From: Toensbergia leucococca
Lineage: Eukaryota
Direction of reading: 5' to 3'
Assembly: GCA_022813965.1 (NCBI GenBank)
Contig: JALDZS010000028.1
Location: 124,001-178,160 of the forward strand
Length of the DNA: 54,160 nt
Below the pieces are notes generated by a model. That model saw only the letters and a list, made by a program, of their open reading frames with translations, was not told where the DNA came from and searched no databases. The position numbers and the translations under genes were made by a program. Of this stretch, positions 21,933 through 33,251 are shown in pieces (the stretch's first letter is position 1; every line of letters begins with the position of its first letter).

Positions 21933-24903
21933 CTACTCTTCTCTCATCTGATCTCCTTGAGAAGATCCCTCAACCTCCGCATCCGTCCATTGCGGCACTC
22001 CCTCCTCGTCCCACTCGCCCTCGTCGCCTGCCTCCCAGAACAAGTTATCTGCCGGTGGCCCAACCTCAAAAGGAGAGGTGTTGGAATACATCTGGTGCTT
22101 TCCAACTTCTTCCGCGTAATACATATTTGACAGCTTAGGCCTGTCATGTATCCATGCACGAAAGAGCAGGGCTTCTCTCAATGGCAGATGACTGGGAAGT
22201 ACCGTTTCATGGGCGTTGTATGGAATCTCTGGCAAGATAATACGGCATCTGAGATATTGCGCGAGGCACAAGATAGAGAGTTTCGAGTCAAGGGAGGAAG
22301 GTTGGGCAAACCTGTGCTCAATATGACTGGGTAGCGCGAACAGCGAGAAGAATAACCAGAACAATTCAAAGAACACGTCAGTGACGTAATGCTGGCCCGC
22401 CCAAAGATTTTCGTTTGAGACGACCAAATATCTGAGGTTGCCGAATTCATCAGCTGTGTCTGATAAAGCTGGAAGAGGACTTGTTGCCGGATCGTGGGTA
22501 ACAGGGTTGTAAACATGGATGAGAGAAGGCTGCCTGAAAGTTTGATCTGGGAAGTTGGCGTAGCACTGAGGGATGTCGGCCAGGAGGTGGTTCTCCAATT
22601 CGTGGGAAATCACTAACGGTACCGTAATTTGTTTTTCTTGCACACTTGCTACATCAGGGCCGTAGACTTGGCGCCGGATGCGACGAGTCAAGTATCCATT
22701 ATCTTTGCCATCTTGTGTTAGCGAAACACTTGAAGAGGGGGGTCTTAGGACGATTGGCGGTATGCATGACATCGGCAAGTTTGCTAGGATAAGTAGATAT
22801 AAGAAGTGAACTTGCAATTGTATCAGGGGCAAACTTCAAAGTAGAATGTTTGACGTTGACGAACTGCCACAACAAAAGTCTCCTGGAAGAAATCAGATGA
22901 CTTACAGCCGTTTCTACGGACAGGTATGCCTAGTCTACGGCAGATAGCAGTCTGGAGTATCCCAAAAAGCCTGTTGTTAGAGCGATCTATACTTTGAGAA
23001 AAGCCTGCAACTTGGAAACTTAAATTCTAGAATGAGCCACCTAAAACATCTTGAGAAGCTTGTCAGTGTCTTACCTCTCATTCCAATCGTACGGTTCATT
23101 GCCGTCATAATCGTTCTCATCATGGTCAAACGGATTTTCTGTAGGCCTTGCTCCTACAAATCTACGAAATTCGGGCGTCACGTAAGCCCAGGCCAAAGGC
23201 GAAAGCGCAGGGGTGGGTGACAAGAAGAGCGAAGCAGATGAAATGGTTATGAAAGAGAAGTAGATGCAGACTTACTGTGTGATACCCCGAGCCTCTAATT
23301 GCCATGCTTCACAACGCCTCATGAACAATTCAAATCCACATAGCCCTCTCCAGTCAGCTAATAGCCTATCAGTGGACATAGGTGAAATCATATCGAAGTT
23401 GCCGAACTGCTCCCAAGTTCCTACTCGTTGATTAGTAGCCACGGTAGCTTCTCGGGAAAAGCTGTCGCTAGTGTCGTCCGCATTTGAAGCTCCTACTTCA
23501 GGGTGGAGACTATAAGCCTCTCCGAAACAATAGCGATGCACGAAATCCCGACCGAGATATGCAATTCGCTTCAGGGTTTTTAGACCGGGCTCCTTTGGAC
23601 GATCCCGTAGCACATACCGATCAGGATCAATGCAGAGCTCCTGAGATGTTAAATCGACTCCGAAGACATGTCGCGCTTTCTGGAATACTTTGTCCTCAAG
23701 TGATCTTGTATAGGAAGGTAGTATCCTCAGGCCGAACCCCCTATCGGCATACTTGAAGAATCTAGCTTCCAGGGTGGATCTACGGTCACCTAAGTTCATG
23801 GTGAACGTCGAGTAACCAACTTCAAGAGCCCGAGAGCAGCGTGGGAGCATTAGTACCCGTTTTCCATCAAAGCCTAGGGCACAGGCATCGAGGTCGAAAT
23901 TCAATAGAGCTTGGATAGGCGAGGTCAACATTTTAAAAATGATCTGAACACGACGGTTAGGGTACCCAGCAAGAAAAGTAATGCTCCTAGCATTCTTCAC
24001 AACGAGCTTCTGAGTATTTGAATCTGGCAGATTTGCAGACCATACGTCGTAGATTTCTTCGATCTTTCGATTGGCTTCTTCAGGCTCCAGGCCGTACAAA
24101 TACATATCAATATCACAATCCTGAACGTCCTTGTCGTGATCCTTGGAAGGATCTATATGCAAAAGAGTCGTAAGAACCATACCACCTGCGACGAATATAT
24201 GATTCCAGTCAAGCCCCTTTAGTATGTTCTTGGTGATTCGTTGGAACGTCTCTGCGAAGGCATGGTCGGTTGGCTGTATCTGAATAGACCTCTTACGTTT
24301 GGCATCTAGAGTTTCGAATCCACCTTTGGGAGGGTCTCTTCGCGTGATTATTAGGGGGCCCTGGTGATCTGGGGATACTCCAAGGATTTGTGAGAGAGAC
24401 TCTAATGTAATGAGAAATTTACCATCTTTGTTTTGCTCTGTTCCTCTAGACTGAATGTACTTTTCGTTTGAGAGTATGGCTTCATCGACGTCTACAGGCC
24501 TCTTCTCGGACACCCAAAACGGTGAAGGCAAAGCGAGAAAAGCACGTAGGATAGGATAAGGAAGTCTAGGGTCTCTCAAGATCTGGCTAAATGTGGCCGA
24601 ATTTAAGCTTGTGGCAATGATCTGGATATCTTCGTCGAGGTTGACTGAAGCCTCTAACAACTTGATGACCTCGGCAGCAGAGGCAGACGACAAAGATTGA
24701 AGGAGTTTCCCTGCTGCAACGCAGTCCTGTTCTTTCTGACGGTGGGCTTCAAGCCGAAATTGCAGATATGCTGATGATATTGACGTGACGGACCATCCTT
24801 TGAGATCTTCTAGGATCCTGCCAAAATCTTCGGGGTCTTGTCTCAAGCACCAGGAAGTCTTAAGATATTGGGGAAGTCGGTCAAACTCTTCATTTGCAGA
24901 CAT
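21933..24903 (-). CDS. Uncharacterised Pol-beta-superfamily nucleotidyltransferase-fold protein (~865 aa, 4 exons)
   Basis: Exons 24903-23276, 23161-23075, 23018-22906 and 22702-21933 sum to 2598 nt and join in frame with GTAAG donors and AG acceptors. Motifs FVAGGMVL, DCDIDMYLYG, RRVQII, NFDLDACALGFDG, RFFKYADRGF. Confidence 0.85.
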
Positions 24904-26320
24904 TGCGAAAGCAGGACACGGAAGAAATGCAGTCGAAGAAGTTGTGAGACTGGTTTTACAGTAGCATCATCTGGGTATGAGAAGCACTTTAATGCACATG
25001 ATTAAGTGAGATAAAGGAATGATTGGTGGGTGGTAGGCAGAAGGCTGCTGCCTTGAAAAGCACAGATACTATCCTGTAGCTTGCACAAAGCACTCGATGT
25101 GTAGCTGCTGGCTTCAGGGGCGGAGAGTGATGACTGATGATATCGATAGGTAAGGCACTCTGCTAGGGTTATGCTGACGATAATATCAGAAGTGAGCCGA
25201 TGAGGAGAGAGCCAATGCAGCGACCGAGGCAGCTGCCCAGCCACACAGGAGACAGCCAACAATCAAAAGGCAAACGCACGGGCCACTAAATAGAACTATT
25301 CTAGAATACCTCATCATCAACCCGACGAGTTTGGCAAAGATAGACAGCTTATTGATTGTTGTATTCATCCCCTGCGTCGTACCCATAGGACGACTTACTG
25401 CGTTTCATCCACGTAGTGAAGGCGTGCATGCGAAGTATTTATGGGCAACCAACAATGCTGGGATTTCGCGGTGCCAAACATGTGCTCCCGGTCTACTCGT
25501 ATTCTATCGGGCTTAGGCTATTTGTAGAGAAGACTAGATTGTTCTTTTTATCATTACTGGCAGGGAATGTGAAAGAAGACTAGATAGGATTGAAAGCGAC
25601 ATGTTACACCAGCAAGAGTAAAGGGCAGTCGAAAAAAATGGACTTTTGCCATCTCCCTTGACCAAAGACCCTCTCTCGGCGTCTCGCAGTAAGCTGATTT
25701 TAGATCTGTGATGTCATGGGTATGCAGTATACGCGTCTAATATGATCAAAGGTTGTACGAGAACGATTAGAATTATCAAGATTCTTTGAGCTAGAGCTTG
25801 CCATGTCGCCGATCAGACGGATTGACCTCCAAAAGTAGGTAGTCTTCTAGCCCTACCTAGATTCTGCATCTAGTTCCCCTTTCATATCAGGCAGAGCTTT
25901 CCTTCTTCCCATCACCATTCATAGCAGAGTCCTAACGTACAGTTCAGTGGCTTCATTTCATATGATGCGTTTCAATGCCTACTACTAGGTCTTTGCTTGA
26001 CTTCGAGTGTGAATGTTTGCCACATCCGAGAGCTTTCACATCAAATGAGTCCTGAGTGTTTCAATTCACAGCTCAGCGGCCCGAACTCACAAGAGAGATG
26101 AATATGTCCAGCAAGTGCTCCGGCATGCCTACCTACCTATATGACCAACCCCTCGCGCCCAGTTGTCAATCCAGTCTTCCATACTTCAAGAATCTTTTCC
26201 GTCATATATCTTCCTACTGTTTTCGAAGAAGTCAGCTAGCATAAAAGTCAGCGAAAGCCGGCCTAAGTCCAACAACACAAGATACATATTCAGCCGTCTA
26301 GCCTTCTAACCTAAATTCTG

Positions 26321-26860
26321 ATGCCTTTCGAGATCCGCCTCTTCACCTACGGACAAATGTATGGCACCCCCAAAATGAAAGGCACCCGCGTCATCTACAC
26401 AGTCGACTGCAGCGATCTACCTTCTCCTCCACGTTCCCTCTGCAAAATCTTGACAGGCCTTGATCGCCAAATTGCCGAAGACTTCTGGAGCTACTCCGTC
26501 AATCGAAAGCGCTACAACCAAGCGCTAGACGATATTGAGAACATTCTTTTGAACATCTCGGGCCGACGGCAACCGCTAGGTATCGGTGTGTTCTGCGTTG
26601 CGGGAACACATAGAAGCGTTGCGATGGCAGAGAGGTTGGCGAGATGCATGAGCGGGTGGAAAGGGGTATGGATCAGAAACGTGGTGCATTTCGATTTAGC
26701 TGCTGAGGAGGAACGAGCATTAAGGCGGGAGAGATTGCGGAAGAAGTCTCCGAAAGGAGAGGAGTGGGTGCAGGAACGCCCAAGAAGTTTGGGGTTAGAT
26801 TGTGTCAGTAACTTACTGGACTGGCAGACATGCATAGCACTCGCGGTGTTATTTCTTTGA
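26321..26860 (+). CDS. Stand-alone RapZ C-terminal-domain-like protein
   Basis: IRLFTYG..G, VDCSDLPSPP, TGLD..I, IGVFCVAGTHRSVAMAERL and VVHFDL follow the RapZ/YhbJ CTD motif order (SFG..G, FDVR.LPNP, TG.D, IGCTGG.HRSV..AE.L, HRD). No N-terminal kinase-like domain. Confidence 0.85.
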   Translation: MPFEIRLFTYGQMYGTPKMKGTRVIYTVDCSDLPSPPRSLCKILTGLDRQIAEDFWSYSVNRKRYNQALDDIENILLNISGRRQPLGIGVFCVAGTHRSVAMAERLARCMSGWKGVWIRNVVHFDLAAEEERALRRERLRKKSPKGEEWVQERPRSLGLDCVSNLLDWQTCIALAVLFL

Positions 26861-27148
26861 CATACTTCGTTCCTCTTGTTCAACGTTGGAAATAGTACAT
26901 CGATCAAAGGCTTAACTAACTTCAACCGCTTCAAGCTCTGTAGATGGCATAGAGCATATGCTTATTTTTGTCACGAAGAAAGTACTCCAACGAACTTGAA
27001 TCCAAACCTTCAGACATCGTACCGCTAGGTGGAGAATTTCTTATGAGTACCAGTAGGCTCGATGAACAAGTTTCATCGATAAATTAGATGAAGGTCTTCT
27101 ATCACCAGAAACAAAAAGTTTATTAACTCAAATATGGATCTTATTTTC

Positions 27149-27267
27149 ACATACGACCACAGACTGAGGAATATTGGGCATCCCGTCCGCTCTGCCATAC
27201 ACAAGACTCAGATCGACTGATTAGTAGTTGGGTCGGTGACGACCAGCGAATCCCAGCTGTTGTATGT
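27149..27267 (+). rRNA. 5S rRNA gene (dispersed copy)
   Basis: 119 nt ACATACGACCAC...GGGCATCCCGTCCGCTCTGCC...TTAGTAGTTGGGTCGGTGACGACCAGCGAATCCC.GCTGTTGTATGT. The termini pair, an oligo-T Pol III terminator follows, and a TATTAA lies at about -28. Confidence 0.97.
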
Positions 27268-27662
27268 TTTTGTGACTTTTTACCCCAATTGATTTGTGGA
27301 ACGAAATCAAGTTGAGACAGTTCAGTACACAAAGAGACAGGTAAGCATAAGGCTTGGCATTGGAACACACATATGTTTCCCATCCGTTGATACATGCAGG
27401 ATAGAACGAGATACTTTTCTAGGTTTGACCTATCTATGTGATGCAGAAATCGAGCGACGAAAACGTGGATGAGACTGAGTGTCCCAGACCACCTATAGAA
27501 AGAAAGACCCTACAAATCATTCAAAGATCGCGCCCATTAACAAGTAGCTGTAAAGCAAGATATAGATAATTTTCGGGTTCGTAAGAATACCACGTCAAGC
27601 TATCCAGAGGCGAGATAAATTATGACAGATCTGAGTGGAATCCATTGAGGGGGCCGTGCACC

Positions 27663-28144
27663 TCAGTAGGTCGCTCCATTGAAGTCCCCAATCTCCTGCT
27701 TCGCACTTTCAACCGGAGCTATCCAAGGCACCCTCGACCTCGTAAAGATCTCTATATCAGGTACATACTCGGCGTTTGTCCTGCCATCATCGTCAATGCA
27801 CCCGACTTTAACAGCCATGGTACCCGGATAACCGTCTGACGTTCGATAAAGCAAAGTAGCACAATCTCCGCAGAAGTGAGAGGTGATGGTGTTTCCGCTT
27901 CCGGCGAGTATGGGAAAAGTTTTCAACGCGCCTTTGATCACCTCCAGGTTGAGTGTCGGCATGAGCATGTTATTGCTGAAGCCAACTTGGCTCAATTTCA
28001 GCTCGTTCTTGCAGTGGCAGCGAAACTGCGAGCAATTTAATTAGGGGGTACAAATTAGGAATTGGGAAAAGCAACCTTGAAGATTGGCTCTCCTGAGAAG
28101 AAAACACGATTGGCGCCGCAGAGACAGCTTAGTTCAGCGTGCAT
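27663..28144 (-). CDS. GFA/CENP-V (Mss4-like) zinc-binding protein, 143 aa
   Basis: Exons 28144-28076 and 28025-27663. SCLCG, CHC, FCGDCATLLY, VKVGCIDD, P..EIFTRSRVPW. Confidence 0.9.
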
Positions 28145-28800
28145 GGTCTATGAAGTCCTCTTTGACGGACAAATGATGATTGAACAAAGATGAGTGTTTG
28201 TTCAAGCTTGAGTGATATCGAACGATAAATTTTAAATACCGTAGATTATTGATACTTAGAATCAAGATATGAAATTATAGGGTGGAAGATGACGAATAAT
28301 GCTGAGCTGTAGAGGGATATCTCCTTACTTATATACAAAGACACTGCGCTTCCTGTGGTTCGTATCTCCCAGAGACAGGACTCTTTTGTCAAGTCAGCAT
28401 CCTAATTGAATTGACTGACGATGACAGTTGTAAGAGCAAGTGTCTAATTAGGCAATTCTTGAGATCTTGACTTGTAAGCATAAGGTATTTCGAGTACACC
28501 GCTGCTTGCTTAGAAGGGGTGGCATAATAATTGATCAGTAAACGCCAAAATTCATCGACTAGAATAGCCTCTCGGTTTAGATGTAGCACTGGTCGAGAAC
28601 GATCCAAAACGACAAAAGTATAGTACTGATGGTAAGGTGCAAAGAGGCAAAGTCGGCAAAAACATGCGATTAGAAAGGAGATAGTAGATGATTGAAAGGG
28701 AGTAAACTTTCCATTGAATTGCTTACTTTTCAGATGACGTAGAATAGCAAGCTCAGTGAGGTCGACCTAATTATCAACCAGTCCTCCTACAAAAACAACA

Positions 28801-29461
28801 ATGAAGCTCTTACTGTCCCGCTCACTACTCCTCAAATCCTCATTCCTCGTCCTCCCTAAAAGGCCCTTCAGCGCCTCTCCTCCCCGCCTCGCGACAAACC
28901 GCGTCTTCAATTCGTAGGTCTTATGTCGACCTTTCACCCCGCTCTAATCAGCTCTCCTGATTGACCTCCCAGTATCCGCAGCCTCGAAGAGTTCAGCTCC
29001 CTGCTCCTCCTTTCCGCTTCAAACCGAACGCCCCTCGTTACCTTCTGGACCGCATCCTGGTGTCCGTCCTGCCGCGTTGTGGGACCTATAATCAAAGATG
29101 CCATTGAGCGGGAAGGCATAGGGCAGAAGGAGGGTGGGGTGAGTTATGCCGAGGTGGAGATGGATTCGCCAAATATTGGAAGTTTGGCTACGACGTACAT
29201 GGTGAGTGCACGTACGTGCTAGAGATTTGGTCAAGGGGAGAGCCAAAGGCTGATGGGATGGGGGCGTAGATCACTTCGATACCTACATTGATGGCTTTCA
29301 GTCGGCAGGAAGCGCAGTTAACGACTAAATTGGTGAGCGTGGATAAGATGAAGGATCAAATTTTCTTACGCTTGTGGATCGAAGATGAAGCGCGGAGGGG
29401 AGGAAAGGGTGGGGCTGGGGGAGGGTTTTTAGGGGGCATGTTTGGGGTAGCGAATCGATAG
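28801..29461 (+). CDS. Thioredoxin-like protein, probable mitochondrial presequence
   Basis: Not in ORF track. Exons 28801-28913, 28973-29201 and 29270-29461 join in frame. Active site FWTASWCPSC, ITSIPTLMAF, and an Arg/Ser/Leu-rich N-terminus. Confidence 0.9.
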
Positions 29462-30281
29462 CCCAAGTCAAAGCCTCAGTGTGTCACGCTGTGAGACGAG
29501 ATTCAAGTTTTCGCTGGCGATCCAAACCATTGCTGACGGTGCTATAGCGGAAGGAATGTACTCGGCCCAAATGACGCCCTGGATTCATGCTTTGCACCCA
29601 CAACTCCAAGCGCAAGGTACACATGGAATACCCGCCATTGTTCCTTAGACGCTCGACCCGTCGAGCTCACTCAGGGACATGGGTAAGCGTCTAGTCCGGT
29701 AGCGAACGAATAGGAGGGGCTTTCGGCCAAAGGGACATCTCGTTATTGCTCAGACCTGTTCCCTGAATAAAAAGTCGAATAGATCGTGGGTCGTGGATGT
29801 CGCTCTACGAGTATCAGGCCTTATATGCAGCAGCACAACAGACTCTACATTGGATCCTTTTTCACAACTCGTGTCAATACTGCAAAATGAATCATCAAGT
29901 AGCGTTATCTGAGGGTAGTGCTTCTATGGGCGTGTTCAATTGATCACAATGCCAGTGCCGAGTACTGCGTTCAAAATTAGGTAGTCATAGACTCCATTGA
30001 AGGATCTGGTCATCAGAATCCCCTTATATCTAAGCTACGTTACACCTATCGAGATACTGTGAAGACTCTGCACCGCTTTAAGAAGCTTGAAATCACAGTT
30101 AAGCTACTTGCTGAGTATATGCCCCACAGGCAATATTAGAGCGATTTTGGTGGTCTTTCGGTGTAAATGAGCAGAAAGAATCTGCAGCAAACCTAGAAGT
30201 ACGGACGAGCGCTGTATACACTAAAAGTCGTCAACGGGACCCGATGAACGTACGTGATGTACAGGTCTTATCCGCCAGACA

Positions 30282-33251
30282 TTACGACAGATGATAGTAG
30301 CTGAGGAGCCACTGAATGAACGCTGCGACGGCCGCTTGTTCCGATTCCTGCCCTACTGCAGGAGAGCTCGCTGCTGGTGGATCTGCCGAGAGAGCCGGTG
30401 CTGTGTTGGACACAGAAGACGTTGTAACGATGCTAGATACTAATGGAGTACTTATCAAAGAAACTAAACCATTGGAACTCTCAACGGTAATAACAGAGGA
30501 AACGAATTGAGATGGACTAGGCACCGAACTCAAAGCCGCCTGGGCAAATGTTGTCGGCGCGATATTGCCTGGAATGTTGGCGGAAGACAGAGACTCTGCA
30601 AGAGATGAAGAGGGAGTCGAAGAGGAATCAAGCGAGGCTTGAGAGGAGAACAATGAAGAAGACGGAGGCGAAGCAATAGTCGTTGGGGAAGAGATTGTAA
30701 TTGTTGTGTCGCCTAATGTCTCGGAAATGAAAATTGACGATGAAGGCGATGAAATCGAAGGTATGGGGGACAAGCTCGATACTATAGACGAAGAGTTCGA
30801 TGCTAGTAATGACGAGCTTGGTACAGAAGCCACGGACGTTGATGAAGGAGATGGCGCTGAGCTCGGCTGTACATTGACATTGTCGGCCTTTATAATGTCG
30901 GCAGCCTATGCTTTGCGTCAGATATGGGGTACTGCTTTTCAATGTCCAACTCACCTTTTCTGCAACTGCATAAACGACTGCTTGAAGATGCGCGGCTGGC
31001 ACAAGTGGGAAGATACCAGCATCGACAACTCTCAGATTCTGCGTACCCCAGACCCGCAAATGGGGATCCACAACTCCACCTTGATCTAGTGGTAGCATTG
31101 CACAGGTACCACTAGGATGGAATTCGGTTCGTATACCATTGTCAATAACTTGGTTTAGAGCGTCTAGATCGGCGTCAACAGGTGGCACAAATTGAGCAGG
31201 TTGCAATTCCACCATGGAAGGGGCTGCGAGTATCCGACGGTTGAAAAGTAGGGCTGCGAGTAACACTTGTCTATCGGTAGGATTATAAAGCCACCGAGGG
31301 TCAATCAAGGGAGGCTCGAAAGGATCAGGAGAGTTAATATAGCACGTTCCTCGCGACAATGGATGCGTAACGGCTACTGTCAGACTTCCAGCGTTGTTAT
31401 TGATAATTTCGTAAGCTGCTACGGTTGGCTGTCCCAATCTCTGCACTAACGACTGCTTCTGTTGAGTATACCCAGCAATTATGGTAGAGTCTAGTCCTGC
31501 GACCAAATACTCATTTGGATCTTGATTGCTGGCATCGCGGAGGATACTATCCGAATTGTTGCTAGTTAAAGGTAGAGAAGGAAAAGCGAGAGCATTCGGG
31601 GATCCGGCAGTCCAGGGTCCTAGAGAAGTAAGCAGTGGTGTAGAATTTAGATTGTACAAGTGTATCTACCAGTCTTAAACGTGTTGTACTCCGCTTCAGC
31701 CTCTGCATTATACGTCGCATTTGTTGTGAGCTCCGTAGGCATGGGATAGCTGGCATTGTTGTCTAATATTCATATCGGTCTTATGCAAAAAATTAACGGA
31801 GAGCGTAGACAGTCTTACATGGATAAAAGGTGCCCACAAGACAATGATCTTGGAGATTGTTACCCACCCCAGGAAGATTCAAAGCCACTGTAATGTTGCA
31901 CTGTTCGAGTAGAGGCGCAGGTCCAATTCCTGACAGTTGTAGCAGTTGAGCAGAGTGAAGTGCCCCGGCAGCGATTATGACTTCTCTTGTAGCATAGACC
32001 GTTTGACGCGGAGCAGATGCGCTGACTGCAAACTTCCAAATGTCAGCCGGGCGACAATGAATAACAGAACACCAAGGTATATACATACTTCAACACCAGT
32101 AATCCGCAAGTTGGAAGCACTAGGATCTCTACGGGCGAGGCGTCGACTAGGTTGATCTTCAACAGGAGGCGAAGTTCCAGCAACCCCAAACCCAAGACCT
32201 CCAGTACCTCCAGTAGCCATTCCATTACCGTTACTATCACCGCCAGAAGTGGGGCTGGTGGCTTCCTCATCATTCGACACATCCTCAATCAGTATGCTTG
32301 TCACGTGCTGTCCAGTAACGACATAGAGATTATCCCTGCTGACGTAAGGATCATAATAAGTTCTCCGCGCATCGGAACGTGTCTGGTTGTTCGGATCAAG
32401 ATCCGTTGGTACAAAAGCAGCTCCGGCAGTGTTGGCCTCGTTAGGGTCAAACTCTGTAGGTACTCCAAGATAGTTAAGTGCCTCAAAGAAGTTGACTAAG
32501 GACGTGAGTATCAGCATACTCAGATAGGGTCTGGGCAATCTTACCTGATTGAGGATAGAAAAACTTCGGGTAGCTGACTTGCACTGGACCAGAAGTGCCG
32601 TGTACCGCCGGATTGTAATTGATGGAGTATTGTTCGGCGATTTCTTCAGAGTACACAGGCGTATAGGTTTCGCTCTGTAACTTGACTTAACAGGTATCTC
32701 TAACAAATGGGGCACCATTAGTCGGTGTACCTTCATGAAGTATGGCAATAAGCCTGCCCAGTCCCATCCCGGATTTCCGAGTGCTTCCCAAGCATTGTAA
32801 TCATCTTGACCACCTCGATTCCAACACATGGCGTTCAAGATACTGCCACCACCAAGCACTTTGCCTTGGGGCATAGGACGTGTCGCACCGTCCAGCTGAG
32901 CCTGAGGAACAGTACTGAGATCCCAGTCGTAGATACCACCAATGTCGGCTCCAACGTAGACTGGATCTTGAATGATAGCCTCATAGTGATCGCTGATCGT
33001 ATTAGCCTGATCACTTTGATGCTTTCGTGGTCTTCTTACGCTATTCCAGCTTCTAAGCACAACACAGTAATCGAAACGTCCTCGGATAGTCGATTTGATA
33101 CAACAAGCCCACTAATGCCGCAGCCTACAACAATGTAGTCGAAAGAGTTGGGAAGAGGTGCGCTACTGTCACGGCCGTGAAGATGAGCGTCGGAAGCTGA
33201 CGTTACTGAGAAAGATAACGAAGCCAAGATAGCCAGCATCAATATCAACAT
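30282..33251 (-). CDS. Secreted GMC oxidoreductase (AA3_2-like) with Ser/Thr-rich C-terminal extension, multi-exon
   Basis: Signal peptide; FDYIVVGCGISG FAD motif; GKVLGGGSILNAM; EVIIAAGALHSAQLLQLSGIG; LPGVGNNLQDH; catalytic TEFHPSGTCAM and AAHLQAVVY; GGVVD..LRVWG..NLRVVDA. The last exon adds a ~200-aa S/T/P tail. Confidence 0.93.

Noticed and set aside
29651..29772. SECIS hypothesis for the thioredoxin 3' structure
   Set aside because: No in-frame TGA in the gene and no SECIS core; ascomycetes lack the selenocysteine machinery.
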